From positions 1-34,588 of the forward strand of contig JAUCBJ010003268.1 in the NCBI GenBank assembly GCA_032718475.1: a stretch of DNA of 34,588 nucleotides. The letters run 5' to 3'. The stretch is from Nemertoderma westbladi (taxonomy: Eukaryota > Animalia > Xenacoelomorpha). Positions 33,992-34,588 of the stretch are shown here, one piece after another. Within the stretch, counting starts at the first letter, position 1. Each line of letters begins with the position of its first letter. The notes beneath the pieces were generated by a model, which did no database searches, had not been told where the DNA came from, and saw nothing but the letters and a program-made list of their open reading frames with translations. A program made the translations under genes and the position numbers.

Positions 33992-34373
33992 CCGTATTTA
34001 ATAGAATAGGAACATGGGCGTTTAAGTTTATAAATCGCCAATTGCGGAGGCGTTTATTCGAGGGGGGCGTTTATTCGGGGAAGGCGTTTAAGTTCCAAAT
34101 TGTGTGGTTCGAGTGAGGGCGTTTAGCGTTTATGTTCTAGATTTTCACCTAATAAAGAATGTTGTTAAATTCAAGAAAACAAGTTAAACAAATTAAATAA
34201 TTCAAATAAAACCAGGAATATCTTTATTACAAAGCAGCCTATTACAGCGGTGCAACACCCTACTACATTTACTTTCAGTCTTAACAATCAGTTAACTCTC
34301 AACAATGTTAACGTCCCACATTGTATTATTATTCAACTCCGGCACTCCGGGGCGTTTATTCGAGTAAATACGG
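33992..34373. mobile_element. Tc1/mariner-superfamily-type MITE with TA TSD
   Basis: TA|CCGTATTTAATAGAATA ... TATTCGAGTAAATACGG|TA with internal GGCGTTTATTCG repeats. Confidence 0.7.
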
Positions 34374-34588
34374 TATTTATTCGGGTTAACATAAACAATG
34401 GTAATCATAAATTTGGGAAAAGTAGGCCTAACATTTTTCAGTGGCTCACGTTACTGAAACTAAAACAACAAACGCCAACAAAAATAAAAACCAAAACCAA
34501 AACAAGAAACAGCTTACAGTATCATATTAGGTAGGTGGTTATAAACTACTATTTGCGTCTATTTCTCATGGATATGGTTTAATTTTAA

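Overview
AT-rich animal (invertebrate-type) genomic DNA with spliceosomal introns; not prokaryotic. A Shaw/Kv3-type voltage-gated K+ channel gene runs on the minus strand over about 5.3-24.7 kb. Six phase-compatible GT-AG exons encode S1 through S6, the TTVGYGD pore and a long C-terminal tail. No T1-domain exon is visible in the 6.5 kb before the 3' end of another minus-strand transcription unit (exons at 32778-33896 and 31111-31238). An intronless TMCO3-like cation/H+ antiporter gene (21728-23770, +) is nested antisense in the S1-S2 intron. The same intron holds a roughly 256-bp insertion, bounded by a 13-bp direct repeat, that contains a type I hammerhead ribozyme motif inside a tRNA-like Pol III promoter and a long inverted repeat (retrozyme-like). 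Also present: a modular 37/20-bp minisatellite (202-2606), a 5-kb 42-bp minisatellite with a 5' splice-site-like motif in most units, several MITE or non-autonomous DNA transposons (two with nested insertions) and decayed RTE-type LINE fragments. All calls come from reading the sequence by eye; no searches were run.
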